Shown here: piece by piece, positions 1 through 13,100 of the stretch
Layout of the letters: each line of letters begins with the position of its first letter
How positions within the stretch are numbered: the stretch's first letter is position 1
NCBI GenBank assembly: GCA_964016885.1
Contig: OZ024764.1
Span: 11,160,001-11,224,000, forward strand
Source: Eledone cirrhosa
Taxonomy: Eukaryota
DNA: 64,000 nt
Direction: 5' to 3'
Program-made: the position numbers and the translations under genes
The notes under the pieces: generated by a model
The model's input: only the letters and a program-made list of their open reading frames with translations
Told to the model about the DNA's origin: nothing
The model's database searches: none

Positions 1-93
1 TGGTGATTTGATAACAAAGTAATGTGATGTAGTTTGTAGTTATTAATTCATTTCAGACTTTTAAAAATGACTTCATTATCTTCTAATTAACAG

Positions 94-136
94 GTATTTT
101 AATTACAAGAGAATAAATTACCCGAAAGCACTCAAG
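94..136 (+). CDS. Candidate 43-nt internal micro-exon (xYFNYKRINYPKALK), gene unknown
   Basis: Acceptor ttctaattaacag| at 93/94 and donor AAG|gtaagt at 136/137. Open frame. No partner exon identified. Confidence 0.25.
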
Positions 137-180
137 GTAAGTTTAAAATTAATTTTTTTCTTTGAATCTTTAGCTCTTAA

Positions 181-1525
181 CCCTTTAGCATTCACATTAC
201 TCTATATATACTATTATATTTTAATGGTAAAGGCTTTATCTCACATAATATCTCGCATAACATTCACATTACTCTATATATACTATTGTATTTTAATGGT
301 AAAGGCTTTATCTCACATAATATCTCGCATAACATTCACATTACTCTATATATACTATTGTATTTTAATGGTAAAGGCTTTATCTCACATAATATCTCAC
401 ATAACATTCACATTACTCTATATATACTATTGTATTTTAATGGTAAAGACTTTACCTCACATAATATCTCACATAGCATTCACATTACTCTATATATACT
501 ATTGTATTTTAATGGTAAAGACTTTACCTCACATAATATCTCACAACAGTTACATTACTCTATATATACTATTGTATTTTAATGGTAAAGACTTTACCTC
601 ACATAATATCTCACAACAGTTACATTACTCTATATATACTATTGTATTTTAATGGTAAAGGCTTTATCTCACATAATATCTCGCATAACATTCACATTAC
701 TCTATATATACTATTGTATTTTAATGGTAAAGGCTTTATCTCACATAATATCTCACATAACATTCACATTACTCTATATATACTATTGTATTTTAATGGT
801 AAAGACTTTACCTCACATAATATCTCACATAGCATTCACATTACTCTATATATACTATTGTATTTTAATGGTAAAGACTTTACCTCACATAATATCTCAC
901 AACAGTTACATTACTCTATATATACTATTGTATTTTAATGGTAAAGACTTTACCTCACATAATATCTCACAACAGTTACATTACTCTATATATACTATTG
1001 TATTTTAATGGTAAAGACTTTACCTCACATAATATCTCACAACAGTTACATTACTCTATATATACTATTGTATTTTAATGGTAAAGACTTTACCTCACAT
1101 AATATCTCACAACAGTTACATTACTCTATATATACTATTGTATTTTAATGGTAAAGACTTTACCTCACATAATATCTCACAACAGTTACATTACTCTATA
1201 TATACTATTGTATTTTAATGGTAAAGACTTTACCTCACATAATATCTCACAACAGTTACATTACTCTATATATACTATTGTATTTTAATGGTAAAGACTT
1301 TACCTCACATAATATCTCACAACAGTTACATTACTCTATATATACTATTGTATTTTAATGGTAAAGACTTTACCTCACATAATATCTCACATAATATTGA
1401 ATCTATGAGATTTTGATGTTATTTATTTTGAGAACAATACCAGTTTGAGTGACCAGTTACGGCCAGTTTCAACAGAAAAAGGTAGAGAATTCTGGCCGGT
1501 TTTGGCCGGTTTGAACATTAAAGGG
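181..1525. mobile_element. Non-autonomous piggyBac-like element (MITE) with internal tandem array
   Basis: TTAA on both sides (177-180, 1526-1529). Termini CCCTTTAGCATTCA and TGAACATTAAAGGG are imperfect inverted repeats. Second copy at 62210-63971. Confidence 0.75.
190..1392. repeat. 72/70-bp tandem array, about 17 units
   Basis: ATGGTAAAG recurs at 224, 296, 368, 440, 512, 582, 652, 724, 796, 868, 938 ... 1358. Block 296-651 is duplicated at 652-1007. Confidence 0.95.
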
Positions 1526-1568
1526 TTAACATTCAAGGGTTAACATTCTGTAATAATTTAACAGAATT

Positions 1569-1830
1569 CCTTGATGGAATTACCCTATTCCCATTGGAAG
1601 GAGGTAGATCCCTCATTTGGGATGCCACATGTTCCTACATGCTCCCTGCCTCTTAGCCACTTCGGCCACAAACCCTGATACTGCAGCCCGTAATGCTGAG
1701 GAAAGAAAGACAAACCAATACTGGGGATTATCAGGCCACCTCCTTTTTGTACCGGTCGCTGTCGAGACTGCAGGAATATTTGGACCCCATTCTGCTGAGC
1801 TCCCCTGCAAGATTGGAGATTAGTGCTCGG
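1569..1830 (+). pseudogene. Degenerate restriction-like endonuclease domain of a CRE-like non-LTR retrotransposon
   Basis: Frameshifted translation DGITLFPLEGGRSLIWDATC / AARNAEERKTNQY...LFVPVAVETAGIFGP fits the RPDG...WD.TC...AE..K..KY...F.P..VET.G pattern. Confidence 0.7.
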
Positions 1831-1954
1831 AGGCAAGGGTTGTATTGGAATTGACATTCAGTTGGTATGGGTTTAAGATGTCTGTTTTCAGTTAACTCTT
1901 CACATCTGAGGCATGTTGAAATCTGAGAAATGGATAAAATATCATTGTGATATT

Positions 1955-2110
1955 TGTTATGGCTCTTTACACTGCGAGTCCAAATTCCTCTGAGGCCAAC
2001 TTTGCCTTTCATCCTTTTGGAGTCTATAAAATTGAGTAGTGGGGTTGATTTAATCAACTTTGCCCTCCCCTCGCCCCAAATTTCTTGGCCTTTTGCCTAA
2101 ATTACAAACC
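1955..2110 (+). mobile_element. Diverged SINE family A (Meta-domain-like)
   Basis: aactttgcctttcatccttttggagtctataaaa...ggccttttgcctaaatt; homologous to 43281-43463. Confidence 0.6.
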
Positions 2111-2633
2111 TTTAATATAATTATCAACAAAATAAATCAATGGGTGGCAGTGGTTCCAGCTACACGTAACGAAAGACTGGTGTAGGGGTTCTGAGAACAA
2201 TGAGGCTTTGCAGATGATCAATGTAAATTAACAATGGAAAGGTGCTCCCGCTTGAGTTAGAAGAGAACTATTGACCTTCAGGAGAAGCAGTGACCCCTGA
2301 TTGTATTCAGCAACCCAAACAAATATGAAGTACACCAAATCCAATGTTCCTAGGGGCAGCCCTGGTTCTTCTTATTTGCAAGTGTAAACTTGGCCAGATT
2401 ATATTAGATTAGATATATAATGGTGTATACATAACGGTGTGTATATAATGGTGTATATAAAATGATGTGTGTATATTGGTGTATATAATGGTGTGTATAT
2501 AATAGTGTATATAATGGTGTATACTGGTGTATATAATGTATATATAATGGTGTATAATGGTATATGATGGTGTATACAACAGTGTGTATATAATGGTGTA
2601 TACAACAATGTGTATATAATGGTGTATACATAT

Positions 2634-3230
2634 TTGTTTCTACTTTAGGCACAAAGCCAGCAAATACCCAGTTCATTACTGGTACTTTATTTTATCGACC
2701 CCGTAAGGATGAAAGGCAAAGTCAACCTCGGTTGATGTGTATATAATGGTGTATATATGATAGTGTATATATAATGATGTGTGGAGTGTAAACTCGGCCA
2801 GATTAGGTTAGATTAGATATATAATGGTGTATACATATTGGTGCGTATATGACAGTGTATATATAATTGTTTCTATTTTTTGGCACAAGGCCAGCAAATA
2901 CTCAGTGCATTACTGGTACTTTATTTAATCGACCCCGTAAAGATGAAAGCAAAGTTAACCTCGGCGGGATTTGAACTCAGAATGGCAAGGGCCGTAACTC
3001 TATGCATCAAAGCACGGCGTCCGAGCCTCTACCGATACTGCCAATATATAATTGTTTCTACTTTTGGCACAAGGCCAGCAATTACCCCAGTACATTACTG
3101 GTACTTTATTTTATCAACCCCGTAAAGATGAAAGGCAAAGTTAACCTCGGCGGGATTTGAACTCAGAATGGCAAGGGCCGTAACTCTATGCGTCAAAGCA
3201 TGACGTTCGACCCTCTACCGATACTGCCAA
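2634..3230 (-). mobile_element. Three SINE family A copies (2634-2733 partial; 2868-3050 and 3052-3230 in tandem) within a local duplication
   Basis: Each has gtttctacttt.ggcacaa.gccagcaa...actggtactttatt...gatgaaa(g)gcaaagt. The flanking motif gtgtaaact..gcca.att recurs near 2382, 2786 and 3249. Confidence 0.85.
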
Positions 3231-3340
3231 TATATAATGGTGTGTGGAGTGTAAACTCAGCCATATTAGGATTAGATAGATATGTTGTTATTTTGTGCCA
3301 TGCTAAAGATAATTGTGAGTAAATAGATGGCTGTCAGACA

Positions 3341-3425
3341 TCAACTACAGTCCATTCTATCCGTTGGGACTGTGGGTGGGCGCCATCGCGTACCATTGTA
3401 GTCGTTGTAGAAGAAACGGGTTCCA
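3341..3425 (-). CDS. Candidate terminal coding exon (S)GTRFFYNDYNGTRWRPPTVPTDRMDCS*
   Basis: Unique CpG-containing sequence. Acceptor tacaag|. Phase 2 start matches the end of exon 4478-4592. TGA at 3343-3341. Confidence 0.5.
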
Positions 3426-3480
3426 CTTGTATATTGTATATATATATATATATATATTTTTTAAAAATTACCCCACAGAA

Positions 3481-3830
3481 GGAGGCACATGGCTTAGTGG
3501 TTAGAGCATTGGCCTTGCAATCGAAAGGTTGTGAGTTCAATTCTCAGACCGGGTGATGTGTTGTTTCCTTGAGCAAGACACTTTATTTCACATTGCTCCA
3601 GTTTACTCAGCTGTAGAAATGAGATGATAGGGGCTGGGGTCCCTATCATTCCACTGCAAAGTGGACGTGTAGGTGCCACGGCAAAAAAGCACCCAGCACT
3701 CACTGTAAATAAATGAGGTTGGTGTTAGGAAGGGCATCCAGCTGTAGAAATCAAGCCAGAATCGGTTCCCGTCCCACCCTTGCAAGCAGGGAAAAGCGGA
3801 CGTAAAATGATGATGATGATGATGATGATG
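3481..3830 (+). mobile_element. tRNA-derived SINE family B (CORE/V-like centre, RTE-LINE-like tail)
   Basis: A box TGGCTTAGTGG, B box GTTCAATTC, central ccttgagcaagacacttta, tail ggttggtgttaggaagggcatccagctgtagaaa...(gat)n shared with the RTE LINE 3' end. Confidence 0.9.
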
Positions 3831-4477
3831 GTTAATACTTTTTGCTATGATTTAGGACAGAAACCATTTGAATTTTGGTGAGCCTGTTCAGCAAATAAAG
3901 CACCATGTCTCCCATGCCCTATTGAATCATTGTAATTCCTCTTCTCTGCCCTTAAATTCCTTGACCCTCACATTATCATATTTAGAATTAAAGATGTGCT
4001 TCTTTTCTGATTTTCAAAGAGTTTTGAAAATAATGTAGGATTTGGATGGATTTAGTATAACTTTCTTCTAATTACACACTCATGCACCCATCCCATTCCA
4101 TACATGTGTGTATGTGGGTGGGTTGGTGTATGCACACACATATGCACACCTATATATATATATGTGTGTATATATATATGTGTGTGTATATATATATATG
4201 TAGATAGATATGTATATAATATATATATATAAGAGAGTATTGAAGTTTGCTTGAAGCATTGTGGAACAATAAGTAAATATTTATAAGTCGTTTGGAAGCC
4301 TCGACAATGCAAATGGGTAAATCTTCGGGTAACAGGGTCCGGTGTAGGAGAGAGAGAGATATGTAAGTGGGTTTACGTTGAGATGCGTGGTGTGTATAAG
4401 ATGTGTGAGATGTGTAGAATGAAGGGAAGAGTGAAAGGGTAAAAATAATAATAACAACACAAGAGAGAGAGAGTTAC

Positions 4478-4592
4478 CTTGGGAGAGATTTAATAGTCCC
4501 TATATATTTCGGATTCACATCCATCAACTGGGGTTTTTTTTCCGGGGTGGGGGAAAAGGTTGTCTGTCGGACAATTCGGAACGCGTCTTTCG
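4478..4592 (-). CDS. Candidate internal coding exon xKDAFRIVRQTTFSPTPEKKPQLMDVNPKYIGTIKSLPx
   Basis: Acceptor taacag| and donor AAG|gtaact. 115 nt, open in phase 1 to phase 2. Non-repetitive sequence. Confidence 0.55.
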
Positions 4593-4596
4593 CTGT

Positions 4597-4631
<35 letters not shown>

Positions 4632-4639
4632 TATATAAA

Positions 4640-4710
4640 AATATCCCTGAAATATGTATAATGAAATAAATATGGTTTTATAAATATAGTTTCCATTTAT
4701 TAATATCGTA
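4640..4710 (+). mobile_element. 3' fragment of PLE-like family 1 (3' half of hammerhead plus tail)
   Basis: ccctgaaatatgtataatgaaataaatatggttttataaatatagtttccattt matches 5832-5890. Flanked by (TA)n. Confidence 0.7.
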
Positions 4711-5588
4711 TAAAAATATATATTTATATATAAAATATATATATATATAAATATAATTGGAAATCAGTAAAATCGAATCTCTGGCGGTTTGCAAGTGAAT
4801 TCGGCCTACTTATATGAAATGATGAGTTAGCAAAGCACTCGATAAGATAGGTCCTTAGAGTAATAACATACGTTTAAATAGCTTGACAAATCGAACATTG
4901 TGGTAGGCTAAACTAACACACAATATATACCAGAGCAACGATAGAACTAATCAGGTTGAGAAAAAGTACACCTGGACAAATGAAACGAATAGTCGCTCAA
5001 AGTGTTTCTTTGAATCCTAAATCAAATATCCGACTTACTTGAAGGCAAGCTCCTGGCATTGGTGACCAAACGTTGGATTCAGTTTTTCAACAGGTTTATC
5101 GTTCTGTTTTATAAACAAATATTGACCTACCCTTAAAGAATGCGACCATGTCGGTTGGAAGCTCGCGGGATGGGAGTGATAAATTATATGTTGCTGCAAT
5201 AAGCTGCTAATCGTATCTATAATTATCACGTGCTAATTCCAGCAAGGGAAATAACCCCCGGTCCCAGGCGGTTATTCAAAAAGTTAGCGAAAAAGGAAAT
5301 ATTAAAAATGCCAGCTAATCATCATGATAAGTTCTCGACTAGATGTTATAAAACAAACACTAATATATAACCAATCAACAAAATTGTCTAATTAAATTAA
5401 TTAGTTAATTATTAAATCTAGGAGAATAATATAATTGGAAATCAGTATAAATATATGTAGAAGTTCTATTTAATTTGTTGGGATACAACAAGCAAATATT
5501 TTTATAACTGATATAAAGCACTCAACAAATTTTTGGAGTAAAAATACGATATATTAACAAATGGAAACTATATTTATAAAACCATATT

Positions 5589-5653
5589 TATTTCATTATA
5601 CATATTTCAAGGACACCAAAGCAAATTATGGTGCGCTTTCATCAGATAAAATA
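5589..5653 (-). ncRNA. Type I hammerhead ribozyme
   Basis: Reverse complement reads tattttat-CTGATGA-AAG..CACCA..TGGTG..CTT-GAAA-TATGTAT-A-atgaaata. Confidence 0.7.
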
Positions 5654-5790
5654 TAATATAGATCAGTTTTATAAACAAATATTGACATACCCTTAAAGAA
5701 TGCGACCATGTCTGTTGGAAGCTCGCGGATAAACATGGTCGCATTCTTTAAGGGTATGTCAATATTTATTTATAAAACTGATCTATATTA

Positions 5791-5855
5791 TATTTTATCT
5801 GATGAAAGTGCACCATAATTTGCTTTGGTATCCTTGAAATATGTATAATGAAATA
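5791..5855 (+). ncRNA. Type I hammerhead ribozyme
   Basis: Stem I tattttat/atgaaata, CTGATGA 5799-5805, stem II AAG..ACCA/TGGT..CTT, GAAA 5836-5839, near-palindromic stem III ATATGTAT, AUA triplet. Confidence 0.7.
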
Positions 5856-6374
5856 AATATGGTTTTATAAATATAGTTTCCATTTGTTAATATATTGTAT
5901 ATATAAATATATATGTATATATATATGTATATATGTATATAAAATACACACGCACACAGATATACAGATAGATATATACACATATACACACACACACACA
6001 CACACATATATATACACATATATGCATACACTCACATATGTATATATATATATATATGTGTGTGTATATATATATATATATAATTTATTTATTTATTCAC
6101 ACAACCATTTCAACATATCCGAATATCGCCAAAATATATTGTAAGCAGAAAAAAATAATACACCATCACCCACACCACTACAACACCACCCATACTACTA
6201 CAACAACAACACCCATACTACAACAACAACACCCATACTACCACCACCACCACCACAGAAAAATAAAAGTCTTGGATATTTTATAAATTGGTTGTTAAGT
6301 GGAGATATAGAAGTCCTGTTATTAGATTATAGTGTGTAGGTGGTTGGGGGTGAGTGTGTGAAGTGGGGGTGTTG

Positions 6375-6396
6375 GGTGTGTATTGGCGGGGGTGTG

Positions 6397-6442
<46 letters not shown>

Positions 6443-6952
6443 TGTACATATTTTTACATATGTATATATATATGTTTATGTATGTGTATATACATGTATA
6501 TATATGTATATATATAGACATATATGTGTGTGTGTATTTATATATGTATATATATACATATATATATGTATATATGTATATACATATATATATGTATATA
6601 TATATATGTATATATGTATATATATATATATACATATATGTACATATATACATATATATATATACATATATACATACATATATGTATATATATATATGTA
6701 TATATATATATATGTATATATATATACATATATATGTACATATATATATGTATATATATACATATATATATGTACATATATACATATATATATGTACATA
6801 TATACATATATATACATATATATATATGTACATATATACATATATATATATATATGTACATATATACATATATGTATATGTACATATATACATGTATATA
6901 CATGTATATATATACACATATATATGTATATATATGTATATATATATATGCA

Positions 6953-6989
<37 letters not shown>

Positions 6990-7402
6990 GTATATATATA
7001 TATGCATATATGTATATATATATATACATATGTATATGTATATATATATATATATATATATACATATGTATATATATATATGCATATATGTATATATATA
7101 TATGCATATATGTATATATATATATATATGCATATATGTATATATATATATATATATACATATATGTATATATATATATATATATACATATATGTATATA
7201 TATATGTATATATATCGTTTCTGAATTTGTTTCTGAATACATATATATATATACATATATATGTATATATATATATGTATATATATACATATATATGTAT
7301 ATATATATATACATATATATATGTATGTATATATATACATATATATATATATGTATGTATATATATATACACACATATATATATATATATGTATATATAT
7401 AT

Positions 7403-7432
<30 letters not shown>
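6375..7432. repeat. Degenerate (TA)n/(TG)n/(CA)n microsatellite field
   Basis: Seen directly. Similar fields at about 10708-11182, 11352-11850, 11960-12570, 15980-16900, 55220-55790, 55940-56665 and 60978-61728. Confidence 0.95.
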
Positions 7433-7433
<1 letters not shown>

Positions 7434-7656
7434 GCAATGTGTTTTAAAAGCAATTTACGTTCTCACTCACATGTTTGTCTTTGTTAATTATTATCATTAT
7501 CATTATTGTTGTTGTCCTTCTTCTACTTCTTCCTCTCCTCCACTTCTTCTTCTTCTTCAACATGTTCTTCTAATTATCTATGTTGTTGTTGTTGTTGTTA
7601 CTATTGATGTTGTTATTATGGCCAATAAAGAAACCATTATCATTAACATTATTGTT

Positions 7657-8494
7657 ATGAGATAAAATAAAGTACCAGTAATACACTGGGGTAATTGCTG
7701 GCTTTGTGCCAAAAGTAGAAACAGTTATGAGATAAAATAAAGTACCAGTAATACACTGGGGTAATTGCTGGCCTTGTGACAAAAGTAGAAACAGTTATGA
7801 GATAAAATAAAGTACCAGTAATACACTGGGGTAATTGCTGGCCTTGTGACAAAAGTAGAAACAGTTATGAGATAAAATAAAGTACCAGTAATACACTGGG
7901 GTAATTGCTGGCCTTGTGACAAAAGTAGAAACAGTTATGAGATAAAATAAAGTACCAGTAATACACTGGGGTAATTGCTGGCCTTGTGCCAAAAGTAGAA
8001 ACAATTATGAGATAAAATAAAGTACCAGTAATACACTGGGGTAATTGCTGGCCTTGTGCCAAAAGTAGAAACAATTATGTGATAAAATAAAGTACCAGTA
8101 ATACACTGGGGTAATTGCTGGCCTTGTGCCAAAAGTAGAAACAATTATGAGATAAAATAAAGTACCAGTAATACACTGGGGTGATTGCTGGCCTTGTGAC
8201 AAAAGTAGAAACAATTGAGATAAAATAAAGTACCAGTAATACACTGGGGTGATTGCTGGCCTTGTGACAAAAGTAGAAACAATTATGAGATAAAATAAAG
8301 TACCAGTAATACACTGGGGTGATTGCTGGCCTTGTGACAAAAGTAGAAACAGTTATGAGATAAAATAAAGTACCAGTAATACACTGGGGTGATTGCTGGC
8401 CTTGTGACAAAAGTAGAAACAATTATGAGATAAAATAAAGTACCAGTAATACACTGGGGTGATTGCTGGCCTTGTGCCAAAAGTAGAAACAGTT
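7657..8494 (+). repeat. 70-bp tandem array, 12 units, derived from the 3' part of SINE family A
   Basis: Unit atgagataaaataaagtaccagtaatacactggggtaattgctggccttgtg(a/c)caaaagtagaaaca(g/a)tt matches the reverse complement of the SINE end at 43281-43343. Confidence 0.95.
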
Positions 8495-8569
8495 ATTATT
8501 GTTATTGTTTTGTCGTTGTACTTCACTTGTTGCTGTTGTGGCTGTTGTGGCTGTTGCTGTAGTAATGAT

Positions 8570-10045
8570 ATTGTGGTGGTAGTGGTGGTGGTGGTGGTGG
8601 GCATGGTGCTGGTAGTGGTGGTTGTAGTGGTGTTGGTAGTAGTGGTGGTGGTGGTAGTGGTGGTGGGCATGGTGCTGGTAGTGGTGGTAGTAGTGGTGTT
8701 GGTAGTAGTGGTGGTGGTGGTAGTGGTGGTGGGCATGGTGCTGGTAGTGGTGGTAGTAGTGGTGGTGGTGGTAGTGGTGGTGGGCATGGTGCTGATAGTG
8801 GTGGTAGTAGTGGTGTTGGTAGTGGTGGTGGTGGTGGTAGTGGTGGTGGGCATGGTGCTGATAGTGGTGGTAGTAGTGGTGTTGGTAGTAGTGGTGGTGG
8901 GCATGGTACTGGTAGTGGTGGTAGTAGTGGTGGTAGTGGTGGTGGGCATGGTGCTGGTAGTGGTGGTAGTAGTGGTGGTAGTGGTGGTGGGCATGGTGCT
9001 GGTAGTGGTGGTAGTAGTGGTGTTGGTAGTAGTGGTAGTAGTGGTGGTGGGCATGGTGCTGGTAGTGGTGGTAGTAGTGGTGTTGGTAGTAGTGGTGGTG
9101 GTGGTAGTGGTGGTGGGCATGGTGCTGGTAGTGGTGGTAGTAGTGGTGTTGGTAGTAGTGGTGGTGGTGGTAGTGGTGGTGGGCATGGTGCTGATAGTGG
9201 TGGTTGTAGTGGTGTTGGTAGTAGTGGTGGTGGGCATGGTACTGGTAGTGGTGGTAGTAGTGGTGGTAGTGGTGGTGGGCATGGTGCTGGTAGTGGTGGT
9301 AGTGGTGGTGGGCATGGTGCTGGTAGTGGTGGTGGTAGTAGTGGTGGTGGTGGTAGTGGTGGTGGCCATGGTACTGGTAGTGGTGGTAGTAGTGGTGTTG
9401 GTAGTAGTGGTGGTAGTGGTAGTGATAGTAGTGGTGTTGGTGGTAGTAGTGGTAGTGGTGGTAGTAGTAGTAGTAGTAGTGGTTGTTGTTGTGGCTGTTG
9501 CTGTAGTAATGATATTGTGGTGGTAGTGGTGGTGGGCATGGTGCTGGTAGTGGTGGTAGTAGTGGTGTTGGTAGTAGTGGTGGTAGTGGTGGTGGGCATG
9601 GTGCTGGTAGTGGTGGTGTTGGTAATAGTGGTGGTGGTGGTGGGCATGGTGCTGGTAGTGGTGTTGGTAGTAGTGGTGGTGGTGGTAGTGATAGTAGTGG
9701 TGTTGGTGGTAGTAGTGGTTCTGGTAGTAGTGGTGGTAGTAGTGGCAGTAGTATTAGTAGTAGTTGTTGCTGTTGTAGCTGTGGCTGTAATATTGTGGTG
9801 GTAGTGGTGGTTATGGTAGTAGTAGTAGTAGTAATTGTAGTTGTTGTTGTACTTCACTTGTTGCTGTGGCTGTACTTGTAATACTGTGGTGGCAGTAGTG
9901 GTAGTAGTTGTTGTGGCTGTAGTTGTATTATTGTAGTAGTAGTAGTAGTAGTAGTAGTAGCTGGAGTTGTAACTGTTGTAGTTGTTGAGGCCGTAGTTGT
10001 AATATTATAGTAGTAGTAGTAGCTGGAGTTGTTGTAACTGTAGAT

Positions 10046-10076
<31 letters not shown>

Positions 10077-10533
10077 CTGGAGTTGTTGTAACTGTAGATG
10101 TGGTTGTAGTAGTAGTAGTGGTAGTAGTAGTAGTAGTGGTAGTAGTAGTGGTAGTAGTAGTAGTAGTAGCTGGAGTTGTTGTAACTGTAGATGTGGTTGT
10201 AGTAGTAGTAGTGGTAGTAGTGGTAGTGGTAGTGGTAGTAGTAGTAGTAGTAGTAGCTGGAGTTGTTGTAACTGTAGATGTGGTGGTAGTAGTGGTAGTA
10301 GTAGTAGCTGGAGTTGTTGTAACTGTAGATGTGGTTGTAGTAGTAGTGGTAGTAGTAGTAGTGGTAGTAGTGGTAGTGGTAGTAGTAGTAGTGGTAGTAG
10401 TAGTGGTAGTAGTAGTAGTGGTAGTAGTAGTAGTGGTAGTAGTAGTAGTGGTAGTAGTAGTGGTAGTAGTAGTAGTAGTAGTGGTAGTGGTAGTGGTAGT
10501 AGTAGTAGTAGTAGTGGTAGTAGTAGTAGTGGT
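8570..10533. repeat. Compound (GGT/AGT)n minisatellite
   Basis: Recurrent GGGCATGGTGCTG motif (8570-9660) and AGCTGGAGTTGTTGTAACTGTAGATG motif (10020-10335). Confidence 0.9.
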
Positions 10534-10706
10534 ATTTTCCAATATGAAATTTTTAAAGGGGTTCTATTTCTGTCTCAGTTTTTATATATATTTTGATTTA
10601 AAAAAAAATAGATTTTCTGTTATTTATAAATATCTTTTGTTGTTTTTTCTTGTTAACATAACAAGATGTTGTTGTTGTTGTTGTTGTTGTGTGCTCTTTT
10701 CATTAG

Positions 10707-10740
<34 letters not shown>

Positions 10741-10768
10741 ATATATATAATATATATATATATATAAT

Positions 10769-10806
<38 letters not shown>

Positions 10807-10867
10807 ATCACCGTTTAAATCATCTATTTTCTGTGCTTGCATAGATATGTATATGTGTGTGTGTGTA

Positions 10868-10918
<51 letters not shown>

Positions 10919-11049
10919 ATATGTGTGTGTGTGTATATGTGTGTGTGTATATATATATATATATATGTGTGTGTATATATATATATATATATGTGTGTAT
11001 ATATATATGTAAGTGTGTGTGTATATATGTGTGTGTGTGTATATATATG

Positions 11050-11090
<41 letters not shown>

Positions 11091-11182
11091 ATATGTGTGT
11101 GTGTGTGTATATATATATATGTATGTGTAGATATATATATATATGTGTGTGTGTGTATATATATGTGTGTGTGTGTGTGTGT

Positions 11183-11351
11183 ATCATCATCTTCGTTTAA
11201 CATCCATTTTCCACGCTAGCATGGGTTAGACGGGGGTTGTCCCACTTGAGGCAAGGCTGGTCGGGTGACCGTGTCTCGCTCATATAGGACTATCTGGCAG
11301 GTTTTCTACGGCTGGATGCCCTTCCTAACACCAACCACGTTTACAGTGTGG
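11183..11351 (-). mobile_element. RTE LINE 3' tail fragment
   Basis: Homologous to 54047-54210, ending in (gat)n. Confidence 0.8.
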
Positions 11352-11372
11352 AAATATATATAAATATGTATA

Positions 11373-11419
<47 letters not shown>

Positions 11420-11430
11420 ATATATATATA

Positions 11431-11463
<33 letters not shown>

Positions 11464-11474
11464 GTGTGTATATA

Positions 11475-11518
<44 letters not shown>

Positions 11519-11551
11519 GAAATATATATACATATATACACACATATATAT

Positions 11552-11592
<41 letters not shown>

Positions 11593-11657
11593 CATATACA
11601 CACACATATATGTATATATATATATATATATATTTACATGTTTTTTTAATTTTTATG

Positions 11658-11691
<34 letters not shown>

Positions 11692-11977
11692 AATACATAA
11701 AAAAACACGTAAATATATATATATATATCCATAAAAATAAAAAATATGAAAAAATGTAAATATATATATATATATATAAGAATAATAAATATATAATGAA
11801 AAACATGTATGTATATATATGTATATATATGTATATATTTGTATATATGATGTAGATTTTTTTCTTAATGTGGCAATTAGAAGGAACATAAGTCTGTAGG
11901 GCTGTTGTTGTTAATGTTGTTGCAGTTTTGTAGAATTTGTGTGTGTTGATGTTTGTGCAATATATATGTATGTATAT

Positions 11978-12025
<48 letters not shown>

Positions 12026-12147
12026 ATCAATATATGTGTATGTATATCATCATTATCATCAGCTTTTAACGGCTGTTCTCCCTGCTAGCAACTGTTGTAT
12101 GTTTGTGTGTATATATATATATATACACATCTATATATGTATGTGGG

Positions 12148-12189
<42 letters not shown>

Positions 12190-12214
12190 TATATACACCT
12201 ATATATGTATGTGG

Positions 12215-12259
<45 letters not shown>

Positions 12260-12325
12260 TATATACACATCTATATATGTATGTGGGTATATATATATAT
12301 ATATACACATCTATATATGTATGTG

Positions 12326-12374
<49 letters not shown>

Positions 12375-12389
12375 CTATATATGTATGTG

Positions 12390-12502
<113 letters not shown>

Positions 12503-12519
12503 CTATATATGTATGTGGG

Positions 12520-12550
<31 letters not shown>

Positions 12551-13100
12551 ATATATATATATATATATTGCATGTGTAAATAATACTTTAGATGCTTAGT
12601 GAACAATTTAACATATAATTGAATTTACTTAGCACCGTAAGCACCAATAACATGCAAACTGACACATCCAGTTTGCTATAACGACCACATTTTATGGGTT
12701 TAGAGAGCCTTTCAGTTAAGTTATTACACCGTCGTTTGTGAGAGATATAGATAATCTCTGATGATGGTCCCAAGAAAGACCGAAGTTCTTGTTAAGTGTT
12801 CATTATTTTTGTCCTATCTATGGTGCAATTTTATAGACAAGATATGTTTATGTGCCTCCCCACTCATCACCGAGGATGCAGTGAGTGCCCTTGTGTTGAA
12901 AATGGTAGTGTTTGTGCCATAATAAAATGCAATAAAATGCACTTAGCCCACACTGTAATTGTTCTAGTGCTGGTGTCACGATAGAAAAAGGATGCAGCCA
13001 ACCTTGTAAGGTGGTAGTGGCAGTAGAATGATAAAACACACTCAGTACACTCTGTATGATAAGACATGTTCATCTCATTTGGGCTATCTTACAATGGGAC

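Larger units (their letters stand above)
5549..5895. mobile_element. Fold-back (inverted pseudo-LTR) PLE-like remnant, family 1
   Basis: Arms 5549-5711 and 5733-5895 are near-perfect reverse complements and each carries a hammerhead. Related segment at 5106-5170. Confidence 0.8.

Noticed and set aside
3481-3555. tRNA gene
   Set aside because: It is the tRNA-derived head of a multi-copy SINE, continuous with the core and LINE-like tail.
6327-7487. Long YI/IY-rich ORFs here and in other TA fields
   Set aside because: Translation of (TA)n microsatellite.
8353-10750. Mucin-like Thr-rich or poly-Val ORFs
   Set aside because: Trinucleotide minisatellite open in several frames on both strands, with no signal peptide or splice support.
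10812-10835. Possible micro-exon QKIDDLN ending in phase 1
   Set aside because: Too short, weak splice signals and embedded in TA repeats. Cannot be told from chance.
12750-12800. Hammerhead-like CTGATGA-tGGTC..GACC-GAAG
   Set aside because: GAAA is mutated and stems I and III cannot be paired. At most a decayed copy.
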